Both the position numbers and the translations under genes were made by a program. Below are positions 1-12,190 of a stretch of DNA of 42,135 bases, in pieces. Every line of letters begins with the position of its first letter. The first letter of the stretch is position 1. The notes under the pieces were generated by a model. The model worked only from the letters and a program-made list of their open reading frames with translations. It made no database searches and was not told the DNA's origin. The DNA is from Octopus bimaculoides. Its lineage: Eukaryota. Where the stretch lies: the NCBI RefSeq assembly GCF_001194135.2, contig NC_068982.1:92661708-92703842 (forward strand), read 5' to 3'.

Positions 1-310
1 TACATAGCAGAGTAATCCCTTTTAGCAGGAGCTAGGACGGCAATTTCTGATGAAGCAATTGCTGGCGATCTGTTGCTACAAATTTTTGCCAGAATTCTAT
101 CAGATTGGGCAGAAGATGATGCACCATTTTGCATTATGTTCAAAATAGCTTCTGGAATGTGGTGCATTACTGCAGTCTGTTGCTGTCATTTTAAACCGGT
201 TGCTGTCTTTCCCCAGCAAACTCTCTTCTTTGGAGGCATAATCTATGTATATATTAAACAGAACAACAAAAGTTATAATAGATGGCAGTGTCGGTACTTT
301 TCACATATCT

Positions 311-357
311 GTAATTTTTCAGATTAACACCATGCGGGTGTTAATCTGAAAAATTAC
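311..357. repeat. Perfect 21-bp inverted repeat (hairpin) with 5-nt loop
   Basis: gtaatttttcagattaacacc (311-331) is the exact reverse complement of ggtgttaatctgaaaaattac (337-357). Confidence 0.9.
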
Positions 358-452
358 CCAACCCTAACACTAACCCTAAACCCGAACCCTAACCCTAAAA
401 ACTGTAACCGTAACATTAATCCTAAACCCTAACCCTGACCCTAACACCCTAG
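358..452 (+). repeat. Degenerate telomere-like (CCCTAA)n tract, interstitial
   Basis: Repeated ccctaa/ccctaaa/cccgaa/ccctga units. Confidence 0.75.
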
Positions 453-642
453 TGAAAATCTTGGTAAATTTACAAAACATTGACGAACATGAGTTATATT
501 TTACTGAATGATTGTGTACTTGCACGTGTATGCTTTTGAGAGAGCAAGAGAGGAAGAGGTAGAGAGGGGGAGAGAAAGGAATAGGGGTAGTTAAAAGTTT
601 TCTTATGACTGCTTCTCTTCACTGCCTATTACTTCATTAGAA

Positions 643-1476
643 NNNNNNNNNNNNNNNNNNNNNNNNNNNNNNNNNNNNNNNNNNNNNNNNNNNNNNNNNN
701 NNNNNNNNNNNNNNNNNNNNNNNNNNNNNNNNNNNNNNNNNNNNNNNNNNNNNNNNNNNNNNNNNNNNNNNNNNNNNNNNNNNNNNNNNNNNNNNNNNNN
801 NNNNNNNNNNNNNNNNNNNNNNNNNNNNNNNNNNNNNNNNNNNNNNNNNNNNNNNNNNNNNNNNNNNNNNNNNNNNNNNNNNNNNNNNNNNNNNNNNNNN
901 NNNNNNNNNNNNNNNNNNNNNNNNNNNNNNNNNNNNNNNNNNNNNNNNNNNNNNNNNNNNNNNNNNNNNNNNNNNNNNNNNNNNNNNNNNNNNNNNNNNN
1001 NNNNNNNNNNNNNNNNNNNNNNNNNNNNNNNNNNNNNNNNNNNNNNNNNNNNNNNNNNNNNNNNNNNNNNNNNNNNNNNNNNNNNNNNNNNNNNNNNNNN
1101 NNNNNNNNNNNNNNNNNNNNNNNNNNNNNNNNNNNNNNNNNNNNNNNNNNNNNNNNNNNNNNNNNNNNNNNNNNNNNNNNNNNNNNNNNNNNNNNNNNNN
1201 NNNNNNNNNNNNNNNNNNNNNNNNNNNNNNNNNNNNNNNNNNNNNNNNNNNNNNNNNNNNNNNNNNNNNNNNNNNNNNNNNNNNNNNNNNNNNNNNNNNN
1301 NNNNNNNNNNNNNNNNNNNNNNNNNNNNNNNNNNNNNNNNNNNNNNNNNNNNNNNNNNNNNNNNNNNNNNNNNNNNNNNNNNNNNNNNNNNNNNNNNNNN
1401 NNNNNNNNNNNNNNNNNNNNNNNNNNNNNNNNNNNNNNNNNNNNNNNNNNNNNNNNNNNNNNNNNNNNNNNNNNNN
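643..1476. other. Assembly gap
   Basis: Run of N, followed by (TA)n. Confidence 1.
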
Positions 1477-3056
1477 ATATATATATATATATATATATAT
1501 ATAGATAGATATATATGAGAGACAGAGAGAGGATGGGAGGGTGTAAGGTCATATTTGAAAGAAAAAGTCAACATGAAATATGCTAACTATATACATTCTA
1601 CATGTCAATGACTTGTCGAATATGAATAAAGAAAATTTAATAGTTATTTTTGTCTTCTTCAATCTTGTTATATATAGAGACATGTTGTGTGTGCATGCTT
1701 AAATGATCTGGGGTTACATAACATGATGAAATGGAAATAAAGAATAAAAAAAGTTAAATATTAAAATACAAATAAATGTCCGAAGTTTTGCTATGAGAAT
1801 TGTAACCCAAAAAGGGACATCAATGAAAATCTATCGAACAATAGTTAGACTCTTTTGAGCAGCGTTCCACAACCTGGACTGCTTTTCATGCAAGATAATT
1901 TTCCTATTGACTAGATCACGTGCATAACAAAACGAAATAAAGTGCATAATATATGATACAACTATTACATATGTAATGCAAAAACACCCAGTAGAATGTG
2001 TTAGCCAATAAAATAGAAATTAATTTTAAGATTTCTATGTGGCCTTGTGGTTGGGGACTCTTGCCCTAAACCAGTATTTCTCAACTAATTTTTACCTATG
2101 GACCCCTTTGATTCCTATGTCACTTGGATGGATTCCCATAGCCATTCATCATCATCATCAAGTGTTTTGAATTTGGGTTTTGTCCCTGTTAACATGATCT
2201 ATGTCATAGCAATGTTTCATGCTATTATCTTTCTTAAGGTGAGGTGTAGAAATGGTTTAAATGTCAAAATTTATGTCATTTTATGATATAATTAGAAATA
2301 AAATTCTGGCCGTGACCATCCTATATTTTTCCTGGCATCTAGAACAATGACATCGAATATATATTTATTTTTAGGTGGTAGGATGTGATTTTCAGAAGAT
2401 TTGGCTGCTATTTAAATATTATTATTATTAAACAATATTATCACCCTAACACCTGTATTTAGTATTATTTTTATTATTGTGTACCTGGCATTCCTGTTTT
2501 ATTCATCTCTCACTCCATCCTTCCCTGCTTTTGTAACCTTTTACCCCACCTTTTATTTCCCTATCCCCTAATTCCTCACCACTCTCCTCTCTACTGCATT
2601 ATTCAGCTGCTGTAATGAAATTAGAACTTGTCACCACAAATCATTTCGTATCACCATGTATGCATTACCAGTCACCACTCTTTCTCTGACTCCCAATCAA
2701 CATCTGTCCATAATTCTTTGTGTCTTGATTCTCAGGCAAGTGGGTACTTTAGTTTTACAAGGCATCCTCACTACTGATGGTGTCACAAAAAATAGCACCC
2801 AGTATGCTCTGTAAAGTGGTTGATATTAGGATGGACATCCAGTTATAGAAAGCATGCTGAAGCAGATATTGGAGCATGATGCAGTCTTTAAACCTGTTGG
2901 ATCCTGTTTCAGCAGCCTATGTATGTCAGTATTTAAAGCTTGTATCTGTTTTTAAGCAAAGCAATATTATCCCCTAGTCAGATATGTTTTCATTGAAAGT
3001 TGCAAACAAATGAGTGTACAGTATCATACAGTCAACATGTACAATATCAAGACAAG

Positions 3057-3057
<1 letters not shown>

Positions 3058-3122
<65 letters not shown>
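3058..3122 (+). repeat. Compound (GA)n(CA)n microsatellite
   Basis: Seen directly. Confidence 0.95.
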
Positions 3123-3123
<1 letters not shown>

Positions 3124-4003
3124 TCTAAGATATTTCAAATTCTTTTTGTGAACTTCAATAATCATTCAGTTTGGTTGGAGAGATGGCTACTGACCATGAC
3201 ATAACTTTTTTTTAGGTGCAGTTCAGCTGATCTTTTCATTATGAAAAATCTGAAAGATACCATACCAATAGTTGTCTAATCTGAATGTGCAACAAGATGG
3301 AGTTGTAGAACAGATTGTGAAACTAGTTCATGAATATCATTTTGATATCATAGGGGGAACTTTGCAAAACATGACTGATGATCAAAAGCAAACTGCTAAT
3401 ATAAAAGGAGGAATAAAATTTTGACTTTCCAGTTCTTGTTTTGCTTGGATTGCCATATAAAAGTAAGAAAAGTATGTAAAAATAACATGAAATATGTGCA
3501 ATCAAGGAATGGTAATTAGAAAGATTTCTTCCCAATGAATATTTACACATTTTTGTTGTATTGTTTTATTTTTAAATATATTAATAATTGTTTTATGTAT
3601 ATTTTAAATTTACACACACAAATCTATGTATATATATTATGTACACATTATATATATAACTGTTTTTGTTTGTCATAAGATTATTTCAAGTGTAGGAATA
3701 GAAATCATATGGATAGGAAGGGGGCATTAACCTAACACGTATTTCTACCAGTTAATTCACTTGTTACTTTTTTCTTCAAGCAACTGCAACTAAGATGTAT
3801 TTCACCATACTGCACCAGGAATCTCTGCCCTCCTTTAGTTTTGGTAGATCCTGAGAGCAGTAGCTAGCAAAGGCTACTCTGTTACTCTGTCGCATTTTCA
3901 GAAAGCCATACAAATTCCTAATTTTTTAATATTTTTTTTTAATATAGCAATGTTTGTACAACTTCCAGAAATGGAAAGTCACACATACTTTTTCTGAAAT
4001 GTA

Positions 4004-4058
<55 letters not shown>
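4004..4058 (+). repeat. (TG)n(TA)n microsatellite
   Basis: Seen directly. Confidence 0.95.
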
Positions 4059-4063
<5 letters not shown>

Positions 4064-4489
4064 TGGAAATGGATGCGTGGCATTCAATCATATAATATAG
4101 ATAATATATAAATATATATGCATACATATATACATATATGTACATACATATATATGTATATACACATGCATATATGGGCACAGGACACCACAGAACGTAA
4201 ACAACATGAAATATGAAAATATGGAACACAAACTTTTTTTTTGCGAACAACGAAAGAACAAACAGAAAACAAGACAAGCAACATTAAAAAAATGACCCTT
4301 CATCAGTTGTCAGCTGTTTTTCTACTTTATATTTTGAGCAATTAACGACAAGATATGTTTTTGACTAAACAGTTGCTCCCACAAAGCAAATTAAATAAAA
4401 ATTGGGATTTTGCGGAGGGTCAAAGTTGGTAACACAAACAGGACAGTGAAAACAAACAGGAAGGGCTGCTAAGCCTGAACAAGTTGGTA

Positions 4490-5640
4490 AGATATAACAG
4501 CAACAGGTAAACATATATTCAACATGCGACGGTGTTGGAATGTATGGCCAAAGGGTAGTGATACCTTAGACTTTACAAAAAAGAATGTTGAAAGGATGAA
4601 ATCACTTGTGTGCAATTATGTGTATTGGCCGAAGATGGACAAGGAAGTTGAAAACGTAGTAAAAGGCTGCAGAAGATGTGCTCTGACAGCGAAATTGCCT
4701 ACTTAAAAATGAGAGACTTGGCCAGAAGTAAAAAGTCCATGGTCAAGCCTACATATTGATTTTGCGGGTCCGTTAAATGGTTATTACTACTTAGTAATAG
4801 TTGATAGTTTTACAAAATGGCCAGAAATTGTTAAGTGCAAAAGACCAACCTCTGAAACGGTAATAAATTTTTGCACAAATTATTCACAAGATTTGGCATC
4901 TCAGACATGATTGTATCTAATAATGGAATGCAATTTGTGTCCAGTGAATTTAGAAAATTCTGTGAAATGTTCACAGTAGAACATAAAACGATAGCACCTT
5001 ACCATCCCAGACCAAATGGACAGGCAGAGCATTTTGTGCAGCAATTCCTAAGGGTATACAGGGTGACACCAAACCCCAATACACCAGCAGGAAGCTCACC
5101 AGCAGAACTGTTACCTGATGAGGAAAGAAAAATTACCAGGAAAGACAATCCAAAATTTTTCACAATTGGTGATAAGGTGTACATGAGGGTACATAAGGTC
5201 ATATAAAAACAGAAAACAGTACTGGAAAGAAGGCAAAATTACAAAGTACATAGGAAAAATGATGTACGGAATTAAAAGTAGAAAAGGTATTGAAAAAAGA
5301 CACAGAAACTAATTGAAGAAATCATCATCATCATCATCATCGTTTAACGTCCGCTTTCCATGCTAGCATGGGTTGGACGACTTGACTGAGGACTAGTGAA
5401 ACCGGATGGCAACACCAGGCTCCAATCTAAATTTGGCAGAGTTTCTACAGCTGGATGCCCTTCCTAAAAATGATTCATAGAAAATAAACCAGACAGATTA
5501 CAAGAATTTATGAATGGCTGTATGACACATTCCAGGTACCAACACCATTACAAGTGGTTGAACCCATGCGTACAAGTGGAAGACAAAGGAAGAACATACA
5601 GTTCCTACAAATAGACGCCAAAAACAAAAATATTAAGTTG
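4490..5640 (+). mobile_element. Decayed Ty3/Gypsy LTR retrotransposon integrase region (stops, frameshifts, deletions), interrupted at about 5320-5466
   Basis: Translates to CDGVGMYGQRVVIP, MKSLVCNYVYWPKMDKEVENVVKGCRRC (zinc-binding region), LHIDFAGPLNGYYYLVIVDSFTKWPE, SNNGMQFVSSEFRKFC, HKTIAPYHPRPNGQAE and YRVTPNPNTPAGSSPAELL. These are typical rve integrase motifs. Confidence 0.9.
5320..5466 (+). mobile_element. Short interspersed repeat (5'-truncated copy) nested in the Gypsy remnant
   Basis: (CAT)n followed by cgtttaacgtccgctttccatgctagcatgggttgga...ctacagctggatgcccttcct. Near-identical sequence recurs at 30007-30220 and 30745-31030. Confidence 0.8.
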
Positions 5641-5739
5641 GAAAAAATAAACTGCTTAATTGGGAGGAGGAGGAGGAGGAGGGAATAAAGTAAAATAGAA
5701 TTATTTGCTTCCTAAAGAAAAAAAATAAACTAAAAGGGA

Positions 5740-6121
5740 TGTTGCAGTGAAAATGGTACTCCCCCTCCCACATGACAAAGTGGTATGATCCAGCCTTAAT
5801 AAAGTCAGGCAGTCAGTCATTGTAAGAGGGTCAGTAGTAGTAGAGTCATTGTAGGAGTTCTCAGTTGGGGTCAGTGTCAGTTATGTGGAGTTCAAGTTAC
5901 TGTCAAGGTAGATGTTTCAACTCATTGTCTTGCAGAGCTATCAGTGATAACATGATAGACAAGTCAAAGATAATAAGATGTGGAATACTGCCACAACATA
6001 ATAGTGGCAACAATAACATATGAGTGGACAAGGATCTACATTATAACACTTGACTTATTTTTTGACATTGACAAATGTTAAGCTTTGTCTTACCCAAGTA
6101 AAGTGTTTGTGAATAGTAACA
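5740..6121 (+). mobile_element. Possible 3' LTR of the Gypsy remnant
   Basis: Purine tract aaaaggga directly precedes TGTTG at 5740, and the segment ends TAACA at 6121 (TGTT/AACA termini). No second LTR is seen to confirm it. Confidence 0.35.
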
Positions 6122-6479
6122 TTTTACTTTTGAAAACTTGAAAAAAGCAAAACCAGCTCACAGTCACAAAGCATGCAAAAAATATGCTTGTCATCAACAG
6201 GCCATAAAGCAGTGATAAGTCTATTGAGTAAATGCAAAATGCAACTAAATCGGTCAACTAAACACTGTATACAAGCAGTAAGTTGCATAGGACAGTGTAT
6301 TTGAGCATTATTATTGAAACTATTGTTCACTGCCCAACAAACCATAGTTCAACAATTACTTGTAACCCAGGTGAAGTTTCAAATGTTAACTGTAGTAACT
6401 TTCTGGAACATCTGCATCTTTGATCTAAAGATATTCCTTGGTTAAGTAAAAACTGAGATGTCAGGTGCACATATGTAGT

Positions 6480-7300
6480 CATCATTGTCATGTATTGTAT
6501 GCCTGTAGTGCATTGACAACACTACAACCAAAGTCTTCTTGATTAAGCACTAGTTCTCTAGCTGCCTTACTACTCTTGTCCAACCAACTCTTGATATTGT
6601 CCATCTATTGCATTCTTTGCCTGCCTCTTCATCTTTTGCCCTCTACTCTTCCTTCCATCATAATATTTTCTAAACTTCTGCGTTTTTGAATATAGTCATA
6701 ATAGATGAGCTTTTGTTTTCTTTACAATGTTTGGGAATTGTTGTCTTTCACCTAATTGTAATACCCATTCATTTGTCCAATGATCCTTGTAAGAGATTCT
6801 CCTGTACACCCATGTTTCAAATTCATTATGTTCTCATCAAATTTGTTCAGAGTCTATGCTTTACAACTATAAATGCCTATTGTTAGTGGACCAATTCTAT
6901 TCATTAAGTTTAAAATGGAAGTTGTGATATCTGGCAAGAAGACTTTCATCAGATTTTATGCAGTGCCTTCTACTAAAGGATGTGTTCTCAATACGTTGAC
7001 CAAAAGAAGCTGAAGTTGATACTTGATAAAATTGTTTTAATAATGCAGTATATATGAGCAGTGTTCATAGAAGTTACAAGGTTAAAGCATTCTCCAGTTG
7101 TCATGTATGTCCATTATTATAGGCACCTCACTTCCTAAATTTTACTGTTCAAGATACAATGACAAATACTGAGCCATTCCTTGATGACATAAGAACTACT
7201 GTGAACCTCTACAGTTTATTGGAACCAAATATCATGTGCTCTGTGTATTACAGTTGATGGAGAAAATGTTTCAAAATGTAACTGGGTTGTTTTGTAGATA
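6480..7300 (-). mobile_element. Decayed RTE-clade LINE, RT C-terminus and 3' end
   Basis: Minus strand gives SLENIMMEGRVEGKR*RGRQRMQ*MDNIKSW, matching the RTE/BovB C-terminal motif. Confidence 0.65.
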
Positions 7301-8399
7301 TAGGGAATTAAAAGTTATGAGAGTGTAATTAACTCATAGTATAAAGATATTGCTTGGCTTGACTTCTATGATTAAGACCCTAAAACCTATATGAATAGCA
7401 GTAAAAATCATTTGGGATTTTGGTACTTTACTTAAATTAGTTGTACTGAAAATAATACTTTCAAACACAATCGACCTCAGCAAATACCTCTTGAGAAAAA
7501 CTGCAAATGTTATAACAGCTACAGCAACCAATAACAATACTCTTAATGACTGCTGAAATCAGAGACATTTAAGTGTTTGAAAATATCCTGAAGAGTTAGA
7601 TGAAATTTCAAAGAAATCATTCAAGGAATCCATTGTTTTTATCTTTGTAAAATTTCAAGCAAATCAACCCATCTTAACCCTCTCCTGCTTAACCAAAGAG
7701 TCTTATCTATAATATAAATTGGACATGGGCGATTGTTGTATTCTTTTTTGTCTTGAGGTTCACAGCCAAACGGCTGGGTGGATTCACATGAAAAATGGCA
7801 TACATGTGGCGACGGGTGCATAGATTGGAATGCAGTTTGTATTTCTTTCCTAGCCCCCATAGTTACCGAGAAAATTAATTAAAACTTTTTCTAATGGAAT
7901 TCCCTTGTTTGTTCCACCATTAAAACAACCAGTTGCTCACACAGCAGGCGTATACCATTTTGCTAGCAACAGAGGTCCAATACAATAGCTCTCAGAAACA
8001 GACTACGTTCAAATTCGTTCTTCACAACTCCTGAAGCTGTTTTCTGACAAGAAGTGGGGAGTCAGGAAATCTTCATACAGCTGGAGGCTCCAATCGAAAC
8101 AGGAGACCCAAAATGATAAGGTTGAGAAATGCTGTTATAGATTATGCCTAACCGAAAATGATCACAGCCACATCATCCAAACAGACCGGGTGAAACCGAG
8201 CTTAGCTGCTAGCAGACCTATAATTCCAAGTAATAGGTTTGAGTATCATAACAGGAACTAGCTGTTGTAAAGAACAATAGCTTTATCGATGCCATTTATT
8301 GATTTACTCTAGTGGTAATGAACCTTAATTATATTTCTGCATAGATGAACTAATTTCTCTCCTTTAACTACAACAATGTTCTCTGTTCTTCTGAACTAA

Positions 8400-8640
8400 C
8401 TAGAAGCATATGCTCCTCTCAAGCCTTCTTAACACATCTGTCTTGTCATCTTCCTACACTCTAATGTGTATTACCTCCCAAATCTTGAACAAAACCCTTC
8501 AAGCCAAGTTTTTCTCTCCAGAACTGTAACCTTCTGGAATCTCCACCCACCTTCATCTGTGTTTTTCCTGTAGATATTAATCTACAAATATTCAAACTAA
8601 ACATCAATTGCATCAATATTATACCTAAGAGAGTCTAAAA
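8400..8640 (+). mobile_element. CR1/L2-like LINE 3' end fragment
   Basis: Reads FFSRTVTFWNLHPP...VFPVDINLQIFKLNIN, resembling the FFPRT..LWN.LP..VFP..YNL..FK terminus of CR1/L2 ORF2. Confidence 0.5.
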
Positions 8641-9455
8641 ACATCATTTGTACTGCTATCATTCATGTCCACCTATGTCCACAACTATTTCACTTTACTT
8701 ATATTGGTAAATACCTTTTCACTTTAAATCTATAGCCTGTTGCTTGTTTCAGGGTTTTATAGGAAGGACATTATTTTTCATCCCCTTGAGACTGATTATA
8801 TAATACTATATTTAACCAAATGTTCTCTCAATCCAAAATATAGTTTTTCCTCAATTTCACAGGATTGACAGTGCCTTTCAACTCCTCAAGGTCAATGACA
8901 AACTATTAGTTGTTGTTTAATGTTTGGTCAATCCTGGTTCAACAGTCCTAAGATTCGAAGTGTTTTAGTCATGACTATCTCTTCTATTTCTTATTTTTCC
9001 CTTATAGTGTATTGAGGATTACATTATCCAATGTAATTGTTGAAATGTCAGTGTGATTTGAAAGAAATTTGGTTGCTATTTCTAGCTGAGAGCAACCACA
9101 TAATGGCCCATCCATTGGCTCATTGGTTGTAACAGATATTTGAATAAGGTATTTAGGAACCAATGAATTGAAAGGATCTATTCCAGTTACTGCTGAGCAT
9201 GGATCCAGTCAATCCTAAAAGATAGATGAGAGCCTGTATGAAAAATATGAGTTTGTCATCATCTGCACACAATATCTACTAGTAATATATGGGGTTTATT
9301 CAGTCAACTATATACTATTCCTTTGCAAATTGACTTTGTCTCTCAGTTAAAGAACATGTTTAATAAATAAATATACATTAAGAAAAGTTTAAAATATGCC
9401 ACACTTACATTTTTACCTGATTCATTAAACCTGGAATTTGTTATTTCAATTTCAG

Positions 9456-9567
9456 GTCAATGTAAGATGTTCATGATCAAATATATGAAATGTCTGAATA
9501 CAAACAATAATGAAAATACAAAATGTCGCCAAGAGTCCAAAGATTATTTAGAATGTCGGATGGAGAA
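9456..9567 (+). CDS. COX19: COX19-like cytochrome c oxidase assembly protein, internal coding exon (112 nt)
   Basis: Acceptor ttcag at 9451-9455, donor gtgagt at 9568. Encodes (G)QCKMFMIKYMKCLNTNNNENTKCRQESKDYLECRME, a CX9C-X10-CX9C motif with the COX19-type YLECRM. Confidence 0.92.
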
Positions 9568-10268
9568 GTGAGTTTAATTGTTTTTTGGCATAGCAAAACC
9601 AACCAGAAGTATTAGTTGATGTATGCTAAAACACTGCATTCAAGATTATCATTTGTTATAATTTAACTCTTGTATTATTGAGAGAGAAAAAACAAGTTGA
9701 TAATTCTGAATGCAGCATTTCATATTCATATCAACTGAAGTTTCCTTCACTGCTTTGATTTACTCTCTTATTTTGTCTTTGGTTATTGTTTCATATTTTT
9801 CTTTGATTGAATGAAAACATTTGTAGTGTGTTACAGCCTAATATCTTTCAGAGAACAGTAATTAATATAACAAAAGAATATAAATTTGAATATATCAAAT
9901 GAGCTAGATAGTTGATGTCATCAAGTAGAACATTACAAAATATTAAGACTTTGTAAGAGTAAGTAATATTTATGCTTTGGCTGTTTAAAAATCCATGTTT
10001 TTTTTCTGGCTACCTTTTTTACTTCTATCTTTTAGTCTTAATTCTTTCCTTTTTTTTTAGTTCACTTCATTTTTCATTCCTTCTTTTGTTTTGTTCTTTT
10101 GTTGTTTTCTATTTCTTGTTTGGAGAAATCTTGCATGTCCTTTTCCCACTACTCCTATTCAAAGTAAGTCATAATGCTCAGTGTAAAAATACATAGTTGT
10201 GTACTGTGTATTAATAACACCTTGCCTTTTTTGGGAAAGTTATGATATTATCAAAGCTCTAAAAATAC

Positions 10269-10269
<1 letters not shown>

Positions 10270-10315
<46 letters not shown>
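10270..10315 (+). repeat. (AAT)n microsatellite
   Basis: Seen directly. Confidence 0.95.
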
Positions 10316-10317
<2 letters not shown>

Positions 10318-10319
10318 TC

Positions 10320-10522
10320 CTTTCTACTAAAGGCATGAAATGTTGTGGGTGAGGACTAGTTAATTACATTGACCCCAATGTTTCTCTGGTACTTAATTTA
10401 TCAACCCTCAAAGGATGAAAGGTAAAGCTGACCTTGGTGGAGTTTGAACTCAGAACACGAAGACAGATGAAATACTGCCAAACATTTTGCCCAGTGTGCT
10501 AATGATTCTGCCAGCTCAGTGC
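10320..10522 (-). mobile_element. tRNA-derived SINE (family A)
   Basis: Reverse complement of the gctggcagaatc...gagttcaaa...tttcatcc...taagtacca consensus seen at 14631 onward. Confidence 0.8.
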
Positions 10523-10563
10523 CTTAATAATTTATAATGATAATGATGATAATAATAATAATA

Positions 10564-10801
10564 NNNNNNNNNNNNNNNNNNNNNNNNNNNNNNNNNNNNN
10601 NNNNNNNNNNNNNNNNNNNNNNNNNNNNNNNNNNNNNNNNNNNNNNNNNNNNNNNNNNNNNNNNNNNNNNNNNNNNNNNNNNNNNNNNNNNNNNNNNNNN
10701 NNNNNNNNNNNNNNNNNNNNNNNNNNNNNNNNNNNNNNNNNNNNNNNNNNNNNNNNNNNNNNNNNNNNNNNNNNNNNNNNNNNNNNNNNNNNNNNNNNNN
10801 N
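10564..10801. other. Assembly gap
   Basis: Run of N between (AAT)n and (TA)n. Confidence 1.
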
Positions 10802-10840
<39 letters not shown>

Positions 10841-10856
10841 ATTGTAGGGTGGCCAT

Positions 10857-12190
10857 TTTTTTTCCTGTCAAATAAACACATGCACTGTATTGTTGTTCTT
10901 CACTCATTTATTACTGTTCTTATTCTAACTCATGCCCATTGCCCAGAAATCTTTCCTTACTCATCTGTGACCTCTTCAGCGAAACTTTCCATCTTCATGT
11001 GTACTCTTGCTCCACTTATTTCATTCTGTTCTTCTATGATGTGTATCCTTATATGTGCATGCATTTGCGTCTGTGTTTATGTGTATATGTGTGTTATTGG
11101 TTTTAGTAGCACTGTGACCCTCCCCTCAGTCCCACCCCTCTCCTCCCCCATTGTCGTTACTGCTGCCCTTGGGCCGAGCATTTGGTACTGTTCCTATATT
11201 TCTTTGTGTTTGTGTGTTTGTCCATGCTACTGCTATCGTGGTAGGTGTTGTTGTTGTTGCCGTTATTTTACTATTGTCGTTGTAGTCGTGTTGTTAATAC
11301 TGTTGTGACCGTCTGTGAAGTTACTGTATGTGTGTTTGTGTGTGTATATGGGTTCACTCGCTGTGTTGTTTTTATCTGTGTCCTTTATACAGTTTTTAAT
11401 TTTTTTTTTTAATCTCTATTACTTATATTTATCATAGAATATGCATAGTTGTCTATTGTGTGTGTATTGCACTGTTTGTATCTGGTGTTTTTTCCTTCGG
11501 TCTTTAGTCGTTATGCTGTGTGGTTTGGTGGTGGATGTTATTGTTCCATTCATGTTTTCTGTTAAGACTCGGTCTATCTATTCTATGTGTGTGGCCTCTG
11601 TGATCTGTCTAAGTGTCGTGTCAGTTCTATGTGTAGATAATACTGTAACCTCTATGCTTTTAACTGAGCCTCTATGTTCTTCTTGAGCATGTTGGTAGAA
11701 CACTGACGAGCCTTTCTCTTTTTTGAGCTCCCACCGGTGTTCACCTATACGCTCCCCTATGCTGCACACTCTCTCCAATGTAAGTAGTTGTCATGTTTCT
11801 GCACCATCCCTCAGTACATCGTAAGCTATACACTATATTCCTAACCTTACAGTTAAGCTGTAGGTTCATCCTACATACAATACAATTGTTCTCTGTACAT
11901 GGGGACCTATCAAAGGGATAAGTTCTACAGATCAGGGATTTTATAGGAACATCGGGACTTTCTATTACTTTAATCCATAGATTGGTCTTATCTAATGTTT
12001 ATCTAAAAAGGAATACTAGTTCGCTGCATACCATGAGTTGGCTTTATTTATCTTTTTTCTGGTCCTTTCTGTGCTGTTCCAGGATTTACTCCTGTATAGT
12101 GGGAAAATCCCCTCTGCATCACTCTCTATGATGGCTCTGTACTTAGTCCTGGCTCCTTTGTACACTCTGATTCTGTCTCTTTGGTTGTAG
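10857..12190 (-). mobile_element. Penelope-like retroelement remnant: GIY-YIG endonuclease region plus 3' tail
   Basis: Minus strand 11902-11768 reads PCTENNCIVCRMNLQLNCKVRNIVYSLRCTEGWCRNMTTTYIGES. After a frameshift it continues RIGEHRWELKKEKGSSVFYQHAQEEH. This is the Cys-rich, VY..YIG, R..EH signature of PLE GIY-YIG endonucleases. Confidence 0.8.

Noticed and set aside
73-327. 84-aa plus-strand ORF
   Set aside because: No recognisable motif or splice context, and it ends inside the hairpin.
358-452. True chromosome end
   Set aside because: The repeats are degenerate, short and flanked by ordinary sequence on both sides.
603-1574. Long ORFs spanning N runs (also 10516-10907, 37692-38364, 39806-40126)
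   Set aside because: Artefacts of translating assembly gaps.
3210-3425. Possible exon after ttttttttag (a frame reading LNVQQDGVVEQIVKLVHEYHFDIIGG)
   Set aside because: All frames from the acceptor hit stops, there is no COX19 similarity, and I recognise no family.
10880-11686. Cys/Val-rich ORFs (and their mirror images at 12446-13114)
   Set aside because: Low-complexity antisense readings of the Penelope-like tail.
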